In this document: positions 11,877-23,431 of the stretch, piece after piece
Layout of the letters: every line of letters starts with the position of its first letter
Numbering within the stretch: position 1 is the stretch's first letter
Source of the DNA: Mobula hypostoma
Taxonomy: Eukaryota
Reading direction: 5' to 3'
Assembly: GCF_963921235.1 (NCBI RefSeq)
Contig: NC_086097.1
Span: 184,886,001 to 184,950,000 of the forward strand
DNA: 64,000 bases
Notes under the pieces: generated by a model
Seen by the model: only the letters and a program-made list of their open reading frames with translations
The model's database searches: none
Told to the model about the DNA's origin: nothing
Position numbers and translations under genes: made by a program

Positions 11877-12649
11877 AACATTCAACCCAGACTACTGCAC
11901 AAACCTGGTTTTCCCAGAAACAGAAGCTTTCCCCTTTCAATTCAGACTGGGAGAATTGTTTGATATAAAGCAGAAGAGCACAACTTTTGGAATTGAGAGC
12001 AGGAGAAGGGAGGCAAGCAGCAACAGTTCAGAGCGTTTTCATAGGAACTTTCTCCTATCCTTGTTAAGATGCTATCTATGAGACAGATGTACTTCACTGA
12101 GGACATCCACAGTGACACCTGCCACTCCAGCCATTTGAGAGATACAGAGTAGATTTAGTCATGCAGGCTAACTTTATGCACTGCTTTTCCCTCATAATAT
12201 TGGCCTTCTGCTGAATCGTCCAGTCACAGAATGCCACAGTTAGTATTGGTTGTTATTTTGCATTTACTGAATGGGCAGGGGTTCAACAGCCAGCAGCCTC
12301 CGTGCACCTTTTACAAGATTATCATTTCTCAACGTGCTGCACTTTCAGAGCACCAAGGCTTTCTGATGTTTTCACTACAAACTCTCACTCAGAAGTGAGA
12401 GTGTAAAGGAATTGACATTAGCCAACAGCAACACAAAAGTGAGACAATTTGGAACCAGCACATGTGTCTTTCAAGTGCTGACTGAGGACAAAGAGCAAAA
12501 CTAATCCCCCTGACTCACCAGAGAACCTGCTTCTTCTCCCAGGATTGCCCATCATTCACCTCCCTTCCCTGCTCAGTTGACTTTTCCCCTTGTTGTTTCC
12601 TGTGCCATTGTGATAGGCCCTTCCTAAGAGGGCAAAATCACAACACAGC

Positions 12650-12935
12650 TGGGCAGTACGTTTGTGAGCTGGTAGAGGTGCTGCCTCACAGTACTTCTGG
12701 CTCGGATTCCATGCTGGTTTTGATGCTTTCTGTGCAGAATTTGTATCTTCCCTCTGTGACTGAGTGTGCTTTCTTAGCTGGAGGTTGGTGGGTTAAATTG
12801 CTCATCGTGCATAGGCAAGCACAAGAAACTGGGGGTATGTGAAGTAGAGTGAATCTATTGAGGGGAAAATTAATGGATGAATAGGATTGCTTGATAAACC
12901 AGCATTGTTTTGATGGACTGAATGTCCTCCTGCTA
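12650..12935 (+). mobile_element. tRNA-derived HE1/V-SINE-like SINE, decayed
   Basis: Head GGGCAGTACG...TGGTAGAGGTGCTGCCTCACAG, V-domain-like TCTGTGCAGAATTTGTATCTTCCCTCTGTGACTGAGTG, CR1-like tail GATGGACTGAATGTCCTCCTG. Confidence 0.7.
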
Positions 12936-13029
12936 AGGAAGTCTGAAAGATACAGAAATCACAGTAATAAACTCTAATATCATCCCTAGTTATAATAATT
13001 TCTTGCATTATGGTCCACCAGAAGAGAAA

Positions 13030-16000
13030 CGTTTCAGATCGACGGGTTTACTATACACCGTCAGGATAGATCTATAGAGTCTCTCAAAAGCAGAGGTGGA
13101 GGAGTATGCCTCATGATCAACTCTTCATAGTGCACAAATATATCAGTGCTGACCCAATTCTGCTCACCAGACCTGGAATATCTAGCAGTTAAGTGCCGTC
13201 CTTTGTACCTACCACAGGAGTTCTCCGGGGTCATTTTGGTAACAGTGTACATTCCACCTCAGGGCAATGTCAATCAGGCTTTAGATTATTTGAGCAATGG
13301 GATCAACATGCATGAAACAGCACATCCTAATGCCTTCATCATTGTTTTGGGAGATTTTAACCAGGCCAGTCTGAAAAAAATCACTAAGCAACTACCTACC
13401 ATCAACAGATCAATTGCAATACTAGAGGAAACATCACACTGGACCATTGCTACACCACCATCAAGAATGCCTACCATACTATTCCACACCCTCACTTCTG
13501 AAAGTCTGATCACCTGGCTGTACTTCTACTCCCTGAGTACAGGCAGAGACTGAAGTCTGCAGCACCAGTAGTGAGGACCAAGCAGGTTTGGACAAGGAAA
13601 GCACAGGAGCGCCTGCAGGACCGCTTTGAATAGGTGGACTGGACTGTATTCAGGGATTCACCTTTGAACCTGGATGAGTGTGCTGCAGTTGTTACCAACT
13701 TCATTAAAACCTGTGTGGATGAGTGTGTGCCTACAAAGACTTACTGTACATTCCCAAACCAAAAGCTGTGGACAAACTAGGAGGTACATTGTCGGCTGAA
13801 GGCTGGATCTGTGGCATTCAAGTCTGGCAACCCAGGGCTGTACCAGAAAACCAGGTATGATTTCCAGAGGGCTACTTCAAGGGTGAAGAGACAATTTCAA
13901 GTGGTGTTGGAGGTGATATCAGATGTACAGCAACTCTGGCAGGATTTGCAAGACATTACTTCCTACAAAGCGAAACCCAATACCATGAATAGTAGCGATG
14001 CTTCACTACCAGATGAACTCAACACCTTCTATGCACGCTTTGAAAGGGAGAGTACAACTACAGCTGTGAAGATCTTTGCTGCACCTGATGACCCCTGTGA
14101 TCTCTGTCTCAGAGGCCGATGTCAGACTGTCTTAAAGAGAGTGAACCCTCGCAAGGCAGAAGGTCCCGATGGAGTACCCGGTAAGGCTCTGAAAATCTGT
14201 GTCAACCAACTAGCAGAAGTATTCAAGGACATTTTCAGCCTCTCACTGCTATGGCAGAAGTTCCCACTTGCTTCAAAAAGGCAAAAATTATTCCAGTGCC
14301 TAAGAAGAATAATGTGAGCTGCCTTAATGACTGTCACCCAGTAGCACTCACATCTATAGTGATGAAATGCTTCGAGAGGTTGGTTATGATTAGACTGAAC
14401 TCCTGCCTGAGCAAGGACCTGAAACCATTGCATTTTACCCATCGCCACAATAGGTCAACGGCAGACACAATCTCAATGGCTCTCCACACGGCTTTAGACC
14501 ACCTGGACAACACAAACAACTATGTCAGGATGCTGTTCATAAATTATAGCTCAGCATTTAATACCATCATTCCCACAATCCTGATTGAGAAGTTGCAGAA
14601 CCTGGGCCTCTATACTTCCTCTGCAATTGGATCCTCAACTTCCTAATCAGAAGACCACAATCTGTGCGGATTGCTGATAACATATCCTCCTCGCTGACAA
14701 TCAACACTGGCACACCTCAGGGGTGTGTGCTTAGCCCACTTCTCTACTCTCTATATACACGTGACTATGGGAATAGGCGTAGTTCAAACCCCACCTATAA
14801 ATTTGCTGACAGTACAATGATTGTTGATAGTATCTCAGATGATGACGAGAGGGTGTACAGGAGTGAGATATGCCAACTAGTGGAGTGGTGTCGCAACAAC
14901 AACCTGGCACTCAACGTCAGTAAGACAAAAAAGCTGATTGTGGAGTTCAGGAAGGGTAAGATGAAGGAACACATACCAATCCTCATAGAAGGATCAGAAG
15001 TGGAGAGAGTGAGCAGTTTCAAGTTCCTAGGTGTCAAGATCTCTGAGGATCTAACCTGGTCCCAACATACTGATGCGGTTATAAAGAAGGCAAGACAGCG
15101 GCTATACTTTATTAGGAGTTTGAAGAGATTTGGCATGTCAACAAATATACTCCAAAACTTCTATAGATGTACCGTGGAGAGCATTCTGATAGGCTGCATC
15201 ACTGTCTGGTATGGGGTGGAGGGACGACTGCACAGAACCAAAAGAAGCTGCAGGGGGTTGTAAATCTAGTCAGCCACATCTTGGACACTAGCCTGCATAG
15301 TTCCCAGGACATCTTCAGGGAACGGTGTCTCAGAAAGGCAGTATCTATTATTAATGACCTCCAGCACCCAAGGCATGCCCTTTTCTCACTGTTACCATCA
15401 GGTAGGAGATACGGAAGCCTGAAGACACACACTCAGCGACTCAGGAACAGCTTCTTCCCCTCTGCCATCCAATTCCAAAAGGACATTGAACCCTTGGACA
15501 CTACCTCACATTTTTAAATATACAGTATCTCTGTTTTTTGCACGTGTAAGGGGATTCTTCTGTTATGTTACTGCAAAGGTTAACAAAATGGTTAGTCCCA
15601 GGTGGCGGGTCAAGGGGGTTGGAGGTGATCCAGTGGTGGTTAGAAGACTCCCTCACTTGAGCTCCAATGTTGTGCATGAAGTGCTTGAACTTTGATAAAT
15701 TTGGTACCTTTTATTTTCGTTTTATATTTTATCTCTATTAATTTACATAGTTCCAGTAAGACCCATAAAGTGTAATCATTTAATCGCATATGGTGTATTG
15801 TCTGTTATTTGGTGGGGTGGGGTAGGTCACACAGCATCCACACAAACTTGATTACCCAGTTTGGCGGGGCCAAGGGCTGCTTCCCCTAAACGAAAGCGAG
15901 TTGAGAGAGCCTGAGGCTTACCAGGGGCTACACACGTTTTTAAAATCTATTCAAAATACATATATTGTAATTGATTTACTTACTTATTATCATTATTTTT

Positions 16001-16104
16001 CAATTTTTTTCTCTTCTATGCTATGTATTGCATTGAACTGCTGCTTCTAAGTTAACAAATTTCATGTCACGTGCCATTGATAATAAATCTGATTCTGATT
16101 CTGA
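13030..16104 (+). mobile_element. Rex1/Babar LINE (endonuclease, RT, 3' UTR), multiple frameshifts
   Basis: [109 protein letters not shown]. Tail AATAAATCTGATTCTGATTCTGA ends 16104. Confidence 0.93.
15545..15932. mobile_element. Solo LTR (Gypsy- or ERV1-type) inserted in the Rex1 3' UTR
   Basis: Termini TGTA...TACA. Perfect 4-bp TSD CACG (15541-15544, 15933-15936). The host UTR is continuous across it. Confidence 0.75.
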
Positions 16105-17164
16105 GCTATTGAGGCAAAATTTAAATTCATTGGCAACACAGACTGGGGAGATCAACTATCTATTTTCCATCTTCCATTTGTTCCTTTGCTGTTGAGTTTA
16201 GTGCCTGAATGGAGCCTACCATAATATGGGTAAAGCAGATGGACAAATCACTTAAGCAGAGGTAACAAGCCATGGACAAGAAAAATTTCTATCCTTAAAA
16301 AGATGTGCAACCTTGCACCTTTCAGGTAACTCTACTGCCACTTGTGCCCAATTTCCAATCATTTTCCAAACACAGCAGTGCACAAGCATATTTAGCATAC
16401 GGTGCAATGTTTTCCAAATGATTACACAATAAACATTCATTAGTAAAGCAATATCGCAGGGAAGGGAAGCCTTTATGATATCAAAACTGCAGTTCTCAGA
16501 GACTGAAGGACATTATGGCTGGAAGTATTTCACAAGCTTTGTGGCTACATGACAGCAGTATCTATTCAGTTGGACCACCAATACCTTTAGAGCTATTGAC
16601 TGCAATATGCTTGCTAAGAGGGCGGAGAGGAGCTGGAAAACACTTTACCACAGGGATGCCGGGAGGCCTCACCACACACAGGGGTTGGGGGGCTCAAAGG
16701 AGATAACAGCAGAACTGAGTGTTCAGGGACAAGCTGAAAGAAATTTCTAAGTGGTCAAGTTTCGTCCAGCATAAAATGCAACATTGTAACATTGGTACTG
16801 CTGCAACTTTGAGAGACATACACTCAGTGGCTACTTTAAGGTTTAAAAAGAGAAATTTTCAACGGTTCTTGTTTCAGTCGAAGCAAGCAGCTGATAAGAA
16901 GGGAGTGAAGAAATCGGGTAGAAAAAGTCCTTTTTTTTTAAACACTTCTCGGGGAGAAGGGTCTGCACTGCGCAGGCGTATGACGTAGCGCGCCAAGGTT
17001 TAAAAGCAGACCTCCATATACAGCGGCCATCATTGTAGCGGCCATCATCGGAGTGGACTGAGTCAGAGTGGGACGGCTTTGGCTCAACAGGCTTCGGCAA
17101 GAACAGGCAGAGGCCAGCGTAGGTTCCGGTAAGTTTTTTGTTCAGATTGTTTAGTTCAGTGAGA

Positions 17165-18099
17165 ATGCCAGGCAGGATGTTGGAATGCTCCTCTTGCAGA
17201 TGTGGGAAGTCAGGGAGCCCTCCGGTGTCCCTGACAACGACACCTGCAAGAAGTGCATCCAGCTGCAGCTCCTAACAAACCACGTTAGGGAACTGGAGCA
17301 GGAGCTGGATGACCTGCGGATCATTCGGGAGAATGAGGAGATTATAGATCATAGCTACAGGGAGGTAGTTACGCCAAAGGAGCAGAGGACAGGAAATTGG
17401 GTCACTGTCAGGCGAGGGAAGAGGAAAGGGCAGGCAGAGCAGGGTTCCCCTGTGGCCATTCCCCTCAACAACAAGTATACTGCATTGGATACTGTTGGGG
17501 GGGATGACTTACCTGGGACAAGCTGCAGTAGCCGGACCTCTGGCACTGAGTCTGGCTCTGCAGTGCAGAAGGGAGGGTGGAAAAAGAGGAGAGCGGTAGT
17601 GATAGGGGATTCGATAGTTAGAGGTGCAGATAGGAAGTTCTGTGGTCATGACAGAGAATCCAGGATGGTTTATTGCCTCCCGGGTGCCAGGGTCAAGGAT
17701 GTCTCTGATCGCTTGCATGACATTCTGAAGTGGGAGGGTGATCAGCCAGATGTCGTGGTGCACATCGGTACCAATGACATAGCAAGAAAGAGCGAGGAGG
17801 TCCTGGAGAGTGACTATAGAGAGCTTGGTAGAAAGTTGAAAAGCAGGACCTTAAGGGTGGTAATTTCAGGATTGCTACCTGTGCTATGTGCCAGTGAGGG
17901 TAGGAATAGGATGCTCTGGAGGATGAACAAGTGGCTGAGGAACTGGTGTAAGGGGCAGGGTTTCAGATTTCAGGATCATTGGGACCTCTTCTGGGGCAGG
18001 TGGGACCTGTACAAGAGAGATGGGTTACACTTGAACTACAGGGGGACCAATATCCTTTCAGGGAGGTTTGTTAGTGCTGTTGGGGGGGCTTTAAACTAG
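17165..18099 (+). pseudogene. CR1 ORF1 protein (CxxC..CxxC zinc finger, coiled coil, SGNH/GDSL esterase); 1-bp frameshift near the start
   Basis: SGNH blocks VIGDSIVRG, LPGA, VHIGTND, DGLHLN. ATG 17165 gives MPGRMLECSSC, which joins MWEVREPSGVPDNDTCKKC if one base was lost at ~17199. Confidence 0.88.
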
Positions 18100-18381
18100 A
18101 TTTGCAGGGGGATGGGAACTGGAGTGCCAGAGCTGACAGTATGGCTCGGGTGAAAATAAATGGTGTTAAAAGTTCAAGCAAATCCACTATCATAAAGGTT
18201 GTGAGTAGTGGTAAAAATCTTCTGAGATGTATATATTTCAATGCTAGGAGTATTGTGGGGAAGGCGGATGAGTTGAGGGCGTGGATTGACACGTGGAATT
18301 ATGACGTTATAGCAATTAGTGAAACTTGGCTACAGGAGGGGCAGGACTGGCAGCTTAATATTCCAGGGTTCCGATGTTTCA

Positions 18382-18610
18382 TAGAGTAGTACAGCACAGT
18401 ACAGGCCCTTCGGCCCACAATGTTGTGCCGACCCTCAAACCCTGCCTCTCATATAAGCCCCCACCTTAGATTCCTCCATATACCTGTCTAGTAGTCTCAT
18501 AAACTTCACTAGTGTATCTGCCTCCACCACTGACTCAGGCAGTGCATTCCACGCACCAACCACTCTCTGAGTAAAAAACCTTCCTCTAATATCCCCCTTG
18601 AACTTCCCAC
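18382..18610 (-). mobile_element. Short 5'-truncated CR1 3' end, antisense, inside the full-length CR1
   Basis: Minus strand encodes GKFKGDIRGRFFTQRVVGAWNALPESVVEADTL, followed by the 3' UTR hairpin GGGCCGAAGGGCCTG. Flanked by a 21-bp TSD. Confidence 0.92.
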
Positions 18611-21600
18611 TTCCAGGGTTCTGATGTTTCAGATGTGATCGAGGCAGAAGAATGAAAGGTGGGGGAGTAGCATTGCTTGTTAGGGAAAATATTACAACAT
18701 TGCTCAGGCAGGACAGATTAGAGGGCTTGTCTACTGAGTCCTTATGGGTGGAGCCGAGAAACAGGAAAGGTATGGCCACATTAGTGGGATTGTATTACAG
18801 ACCACCCAATATTCAACAAGAATTGGAAGAGCAAATCTGCAGAGAGATAGCAGGCAACTGCAGGAAACATAAAGTTGTGGTGGTAGGGGATTTTAATTTT
18901 CCATATATTGATTGGGACTCCCATACTGTCAGTGGTCTGGATGGTTTAGAGTTTGTAAAATGTGTTCAGGAAAGTTTTCTAAATCAATAAATAGAGGGAC
19001 CAACTAGGGAGGATGCAATATTGGATCTCCTGTTAGGAAACGAGTTAGGACAAGTGACGGAAGTCTGTGTAGGGGAGCACTTCGGTTCCAGTGATCATAA
19101 CACCATTAGTTTCAACTTAATCATGGACAAGGATAGATTTGGTACTTCTTCTGAACTGGAAGAAGGCCAAATTTGAAGAAATGAGAAAGGATCTAAAAGG
19201 CGTGGATTGGGACAGGTTGTTCTCCGGCAAAGATGTGATTGGTAGGTGGGAAGCCTTCAAAGGGGAAATTTTGAGAGTGCAGAGTTTGTATGTTCCTGTC
19301 AGGATTAAAGGCAAATTGAACAGGATTAAGGAACCTTGGTTCTCAAGGGATATTGCAACTCTGAGAAAGAAGAAGAGGGAGTTGTATGACATGTATAGGA
19401 AACAGGGAGTAAATAAGGTGCTTGAGGAGTATAAGAAGTGCAAGAAAATACTTAAGAAAGAAATCAGGAGGACTAAAAGAAGACATGAGCTTGCCTTGGC
19501 AGTCAAAGTGAAGGATAATCCAAACAGCTTTTACAGGTATATTAAGAGCAAAAGGATTGTAAGGGATAAAATTGGTCCTCTTGAAGATCAGAGTGGTTGG
19601 CTATGTGCGGAACCAAAGGAAATGGGGGAGATCTTAAATAGGTTTTTTGCGTCTGTATTTACTAAGGAAACTGGCATGAAGTCTATGGAATTAAGGGAAA
19701 CAAGTAATGAGATCATGGAAACTGTACAGATTGAAAAGGAGGAGGTCCTTGCTGTCTTGAGGAAAATTAAAGTGGGACCTGACAGGGTGTTCCCTCAGAG
19801 CTTGAAGGAGACTAGTGTTGAAATTGCAGGATCCCTGGCAGAAATATTTAAAATGTCGCTGTCTACAGGTGAGGTGCCGGAGGATTGGAGAGTGACTCAT
19901 GTTGTTCCATTGTTCAAAAAAGGATCAAAAAGTAATCCAGGAAATAATAGGCCGGTAAGTTTGACATCGGTGGTGGGTAAGTTATTGGAGGGAGTACTAA
20001 GAGACAGAATCTACAAACATTTGGATAGACAGGAACTTATTAGGGAGAGTCAACATGGCTTTGTGCGTGGTAGGTCATGTTTGACCAATCTATTGGAGTT
20101 TTTCAAGGAGGTTACCAGGAAAGTGGATGAAGGGAAGGCAGTGGATATTGTCTACATGGACTTCAGTAAGGCCTTTGACAAGGTCCCGCATGGGAGGTGA
20201 GTTAGGAAAATTCAGTCGCTAGGTATACATGGAGAGGTGGTAAATTGGATGAGACATTGTCTCAATGGAAGAAGCCAAAGAGTGGTAGTAGAGAATTGCT
20301 TCTTCGAGTGGAGGCCTGTGACTAGTGGTGTGCCACAGGGATCGGTGCTGGGTCCATTGTTATTTGTCATCTATATCAATGATCTGGATGATAATGTGGT
20401 AAATTGGTTCAGCAAATTTGCTGATGATACAAAGATTGGAGGTGTAGTAGACAGTGAGGAAGGTTTTCAGAGCCTGCAGAGGGACTTGGACCAGCTGGAA
20501 AAATGGGCTGAAAAATGGCAGATGGAGTTTAATACTGACAAGTGTGAGGTATTGCACGTTGGAAGGACAAACCAAGGTAGAACATACAGGGTTAATGGTA
20601 AGGCACTGAGGAGTGCAGTAAACAGAGGGATCTGGGAATACAGATACAAAATTCCCTAAAAGTGGCGTCACAGGTAGATAGGGTCGTAAAGAGAGCTTTT
20701 GGTACGTTGGCCTTTATTAATCAAAGTATTGAGTATAAGAGCTGGAATGTTATGATGAGGTTGTATAAGGCATTGGTGAGGCCGAATCTGGAGTATTGTG
20801 TTCAGTTTTGGTCACCAAATTACAGGAAGGATATAAATAAGGTTGAAAGAGTGCAGAGAAGGTTTACAAGGATGTTGCCGGGACTTGAGAAACTCAGTTA
20901 CAGAGAAAGGTTGAATAGGTTGGGACTTTATTCCCTGGAGCGTAGAAGAATGAGGGGAGATTTGATAGAGGTATATAAAATTATGTTGGGTATAGATAGA
21001 GTGAATGCAAGCAGGCTTTTTCCACTGAGGCAAGGGGAGAAAAAAACCAGAGGACATGAGTTAAGGGTGAGGGGGGAAAAGTTTAAAGGGAACATTAGTG
21101 GGGGCTTCTTCACACAGAGAGTGGTGGGAGTATGGAATGAGCTGCCAGATGAGGTGGTAAATGTGGGTTCTTTTTTAACGTTTAAGAATAAATTGGACAG
21201 ATACATGGATGGGAGGTGTATGGAGGGATATAGTCCGTGTGCAGGTCAGTGGGACTAGGCAGAAGATGGTTCGGCACAGCCAAGAAGGGCCAAAAGGCCT
21301 GTTTCTGTGCTGTAGTTTTCTATGGTTTCTATGGTTTATTAGGTACACCTGTACACCTGCTTGTTTATGCAAATATCTAATCAGGCAATCATGTGGTTAC
21401 AACTCAATGCATTAAAGCATGCAGACATGGTCAAGAGATTCAGTTGTTATTCAAACCAAACATCAGAATGGGGAAGAAACGTGATCTAAGAGACTTTGAC
21501 CGCTGAATGACCGTTGGTGGTTTGAGTATCTTAGAAACTGCTGATCTGGGATTTACATGCACAATAGTCTCTAGAGTTTACAGAGAATAGTGCAAAAACA

Positions 21601-21959
21601 AAAAAAAAAAAACAAGATTTAGTGATTTGTGGTTCTGTGGGTGAAAATGCCTTATTATTGAGAAAGGTCAGAGGAGATGGCCAGACTGGTTCAGGTTGAC
21701 AACAAGGCGACAGTAACTCAAATAACCATGTAGTACAACAGTGGTGTGCAGAAGAACATCTCTGAATTCACAATACGTCGAACCTTGAAGTGGATGGGCT
21801 ACAGCAGCAGACGATCACGAACATACACTCAGTGGCCACTTTATCAGGTACAGGAGTTTCCTAATAAAGCGGCCACTGAGTGTATTTATAGCCCTAATCA
21901 GCCAACTCATCTGGCATCCTCCTTCAACACTGCTGCAAAGCTTACTGATCTCACAGATG

Positions 21960-21960
<1 letters not shown>

Positions 21961-21991
<31 letters not shown>

Positions 21992-21996
21992 GCACG
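21961..21996. repeat. (CA)n microsatellite
   Basis: About 14 CA units followed by CGCGCACG. Confidence 0.95.
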
Positions 21997-22199
21997 TAAA
22001 TGTGCAAATACTGGTTCCCTAATGTCTCTTAGGGAAGAAAATCTGCCCCAGCCTACCCTTTATTTTCTCCAGAATAGTGAGTCTAACCAGCCATTCAGTT
22101 ATACCATTAGTGCTGCATTAGAACTGAAAACGAATATAACCAGACTAACCGCCCTGCATTGATCTAGGCTCTGAATTCAAACATCAGAAAGTCGGTCTG

Positions 22200-22325
22200 A
22201 GTGAAATCAGTAATGATTGTGGTTGCTGACAATCATTCCTGAATGAGGACATCACTGCAGAAGTTCCTCAGAGCAGTTTAACCATTATTCTTTGTTCCTT
22301 TAATGACTTGCCTTTCATCACAGAT
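22200..22325 (+). mobile_element. Very old CR1/L2-type RT fragment
   Basis: GACATCACTGCAGAAGTTCCTCAGAGCAG...TTTAATGACTTGCC resembles the DITAGVPQGS..INDLP region. Confidence 0.5.
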
Positions 22326-22734
22326 GAGGATATTTACATCGAATATACAATTTTATCAACACTGAAGATACTGAGCTTTATGAAGGCATTGCTGTTCACC
22401 AGGTGATCCTACTCTGTTGTATTTGGGGCTTCTAAAGAAGCTGGTGCTGCTCTAACTTGCCTAAGTGTCATAAGCAGAAAGAGTTGAGATTATATCATAT
22501 TTAATGATATAATTTTAATAATTCAGATAACTAAAAGCTAATTCAAAGAGGAAATTTTAAAAGATCACGTTAAGAGGACAGAGAGAAAAGGACAGATGAA
22601 GATGCTGAGAAAGGAAATTCCATTGGCACAACTGAAGTGAATCTCACTGATCATAGGGTGAATGAAGTGCACAAGTGTTTTTTTTAATTGGAAGAAGCTA
22701 CAAAGACAAGGAAAGCAAAGTAGTGAAAAGATAT

Positions 22735-22990
22735 AAACATAAGAAACAAGAACAGGAGTAAGCCAAACAGCCCCCTAAACCTAATTCACCATTCAATAAG
22801 ATTACATTTGATTCAAACTTGCCCTCAACACAACTTTACCATTACCCCACATACCTATTGTCTCCCTTCTAGTTCATGTGTTTGTCATTCTCCTCCTTAC
22901 ATTCAATTACTCCACCCATAGATCTCCCTGATGTAGAGAATTCCTAAAGGGCACAAACATCTGAGATAAGAAATTCTTCCTCTTAACACC
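22735..22990 (-). mobile_element. Decayed CR1 3' end
   Basis: AACATAAGAAACAAGAACAGGAGTAAGCC...CACCATTCAATAAG is the reverse complement of the CR1 tail/UTR. AAGAAATTCTTCCTC at ~22970 gives RKNF. Confidence 0.65.
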
Positions 22991-23431
22991 AGAAGAACAA
23001 GACTTTCAAAATCAACAGATGATGGTCTGAGAGGCAATGTGGGTTGGGAAGGAAAGAAAAGGTGAACAAACATAGTAATAGAAGTCTCAAGTAATGCAAT
23101 TTTTAGAGCGCGAAAGTTGAAAAACTAGAAGAGAATTAGAGTTAATTGAGAAGTTATTGATCCTAAAGGATCTAATCCTTTCTATCTGCCAGATTGTCTC
23201 AATTTCTGATATCCGGAGGTCAGAAAGTCTTAAGCTGGAGATGTTTCATCTTCAATGTTTGTCTGAATTCATACCTGCTGCTAAAAGTACACTTATCCTT
23301 CAGATGTCCTTTCACATTCACTGCCTGTATTACTATTCTTTCTATAAATTTATATCATTAGAGTTAAAGCTCTCTAATTCTTTCTCACAAAAGAACCAAC
23401 TTGTTCCCCTTCACCAATACACTCATCCATC

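Larger units (their letters stand above)
16839..21334 (+). mobile_element. Full-length CR1 LINE (5' UTR, ORF1, disrupted ORF2, 3' tail)
   Basis: CpG-rich 5' UTR and ORF1 esterase. ORF2 motifs YFNARSI, ISETWL, VGDFNFP, YMDFSKAFDKVPH, GVPQGSVLGP, SKFADDTK. Tail TTCTATGGTTTCTATGG. TTTA on both sides. Confidence 0.95.
16821..21882 (+). mobile_element. Non-autonomous Tc1/mariner element; left TIR split by a CR1 insertion
   Basis: TA-CACTCAGTGGCTACTTTA (16819-16838) resumes as TTTATTAGGTACACCTGTAC (from 21335). Transposase N-terminal remnants MGKKRDLRDFDR (from 21468) and QKNISEFTIRRTLKWMGYSSRR. Right TIR CCTAATAAAGCGGCCACTGAGTG-TA ends 21884. No DDE domain. Confidence 0.85.

Noticed and set aside
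21746..22162. 138-aa ORF as a transposase gene
   Set aside because: Only ~25 aa are Tc1-like. The rest reads through the TIRs and a CA microsatellite, with no DDE domain.
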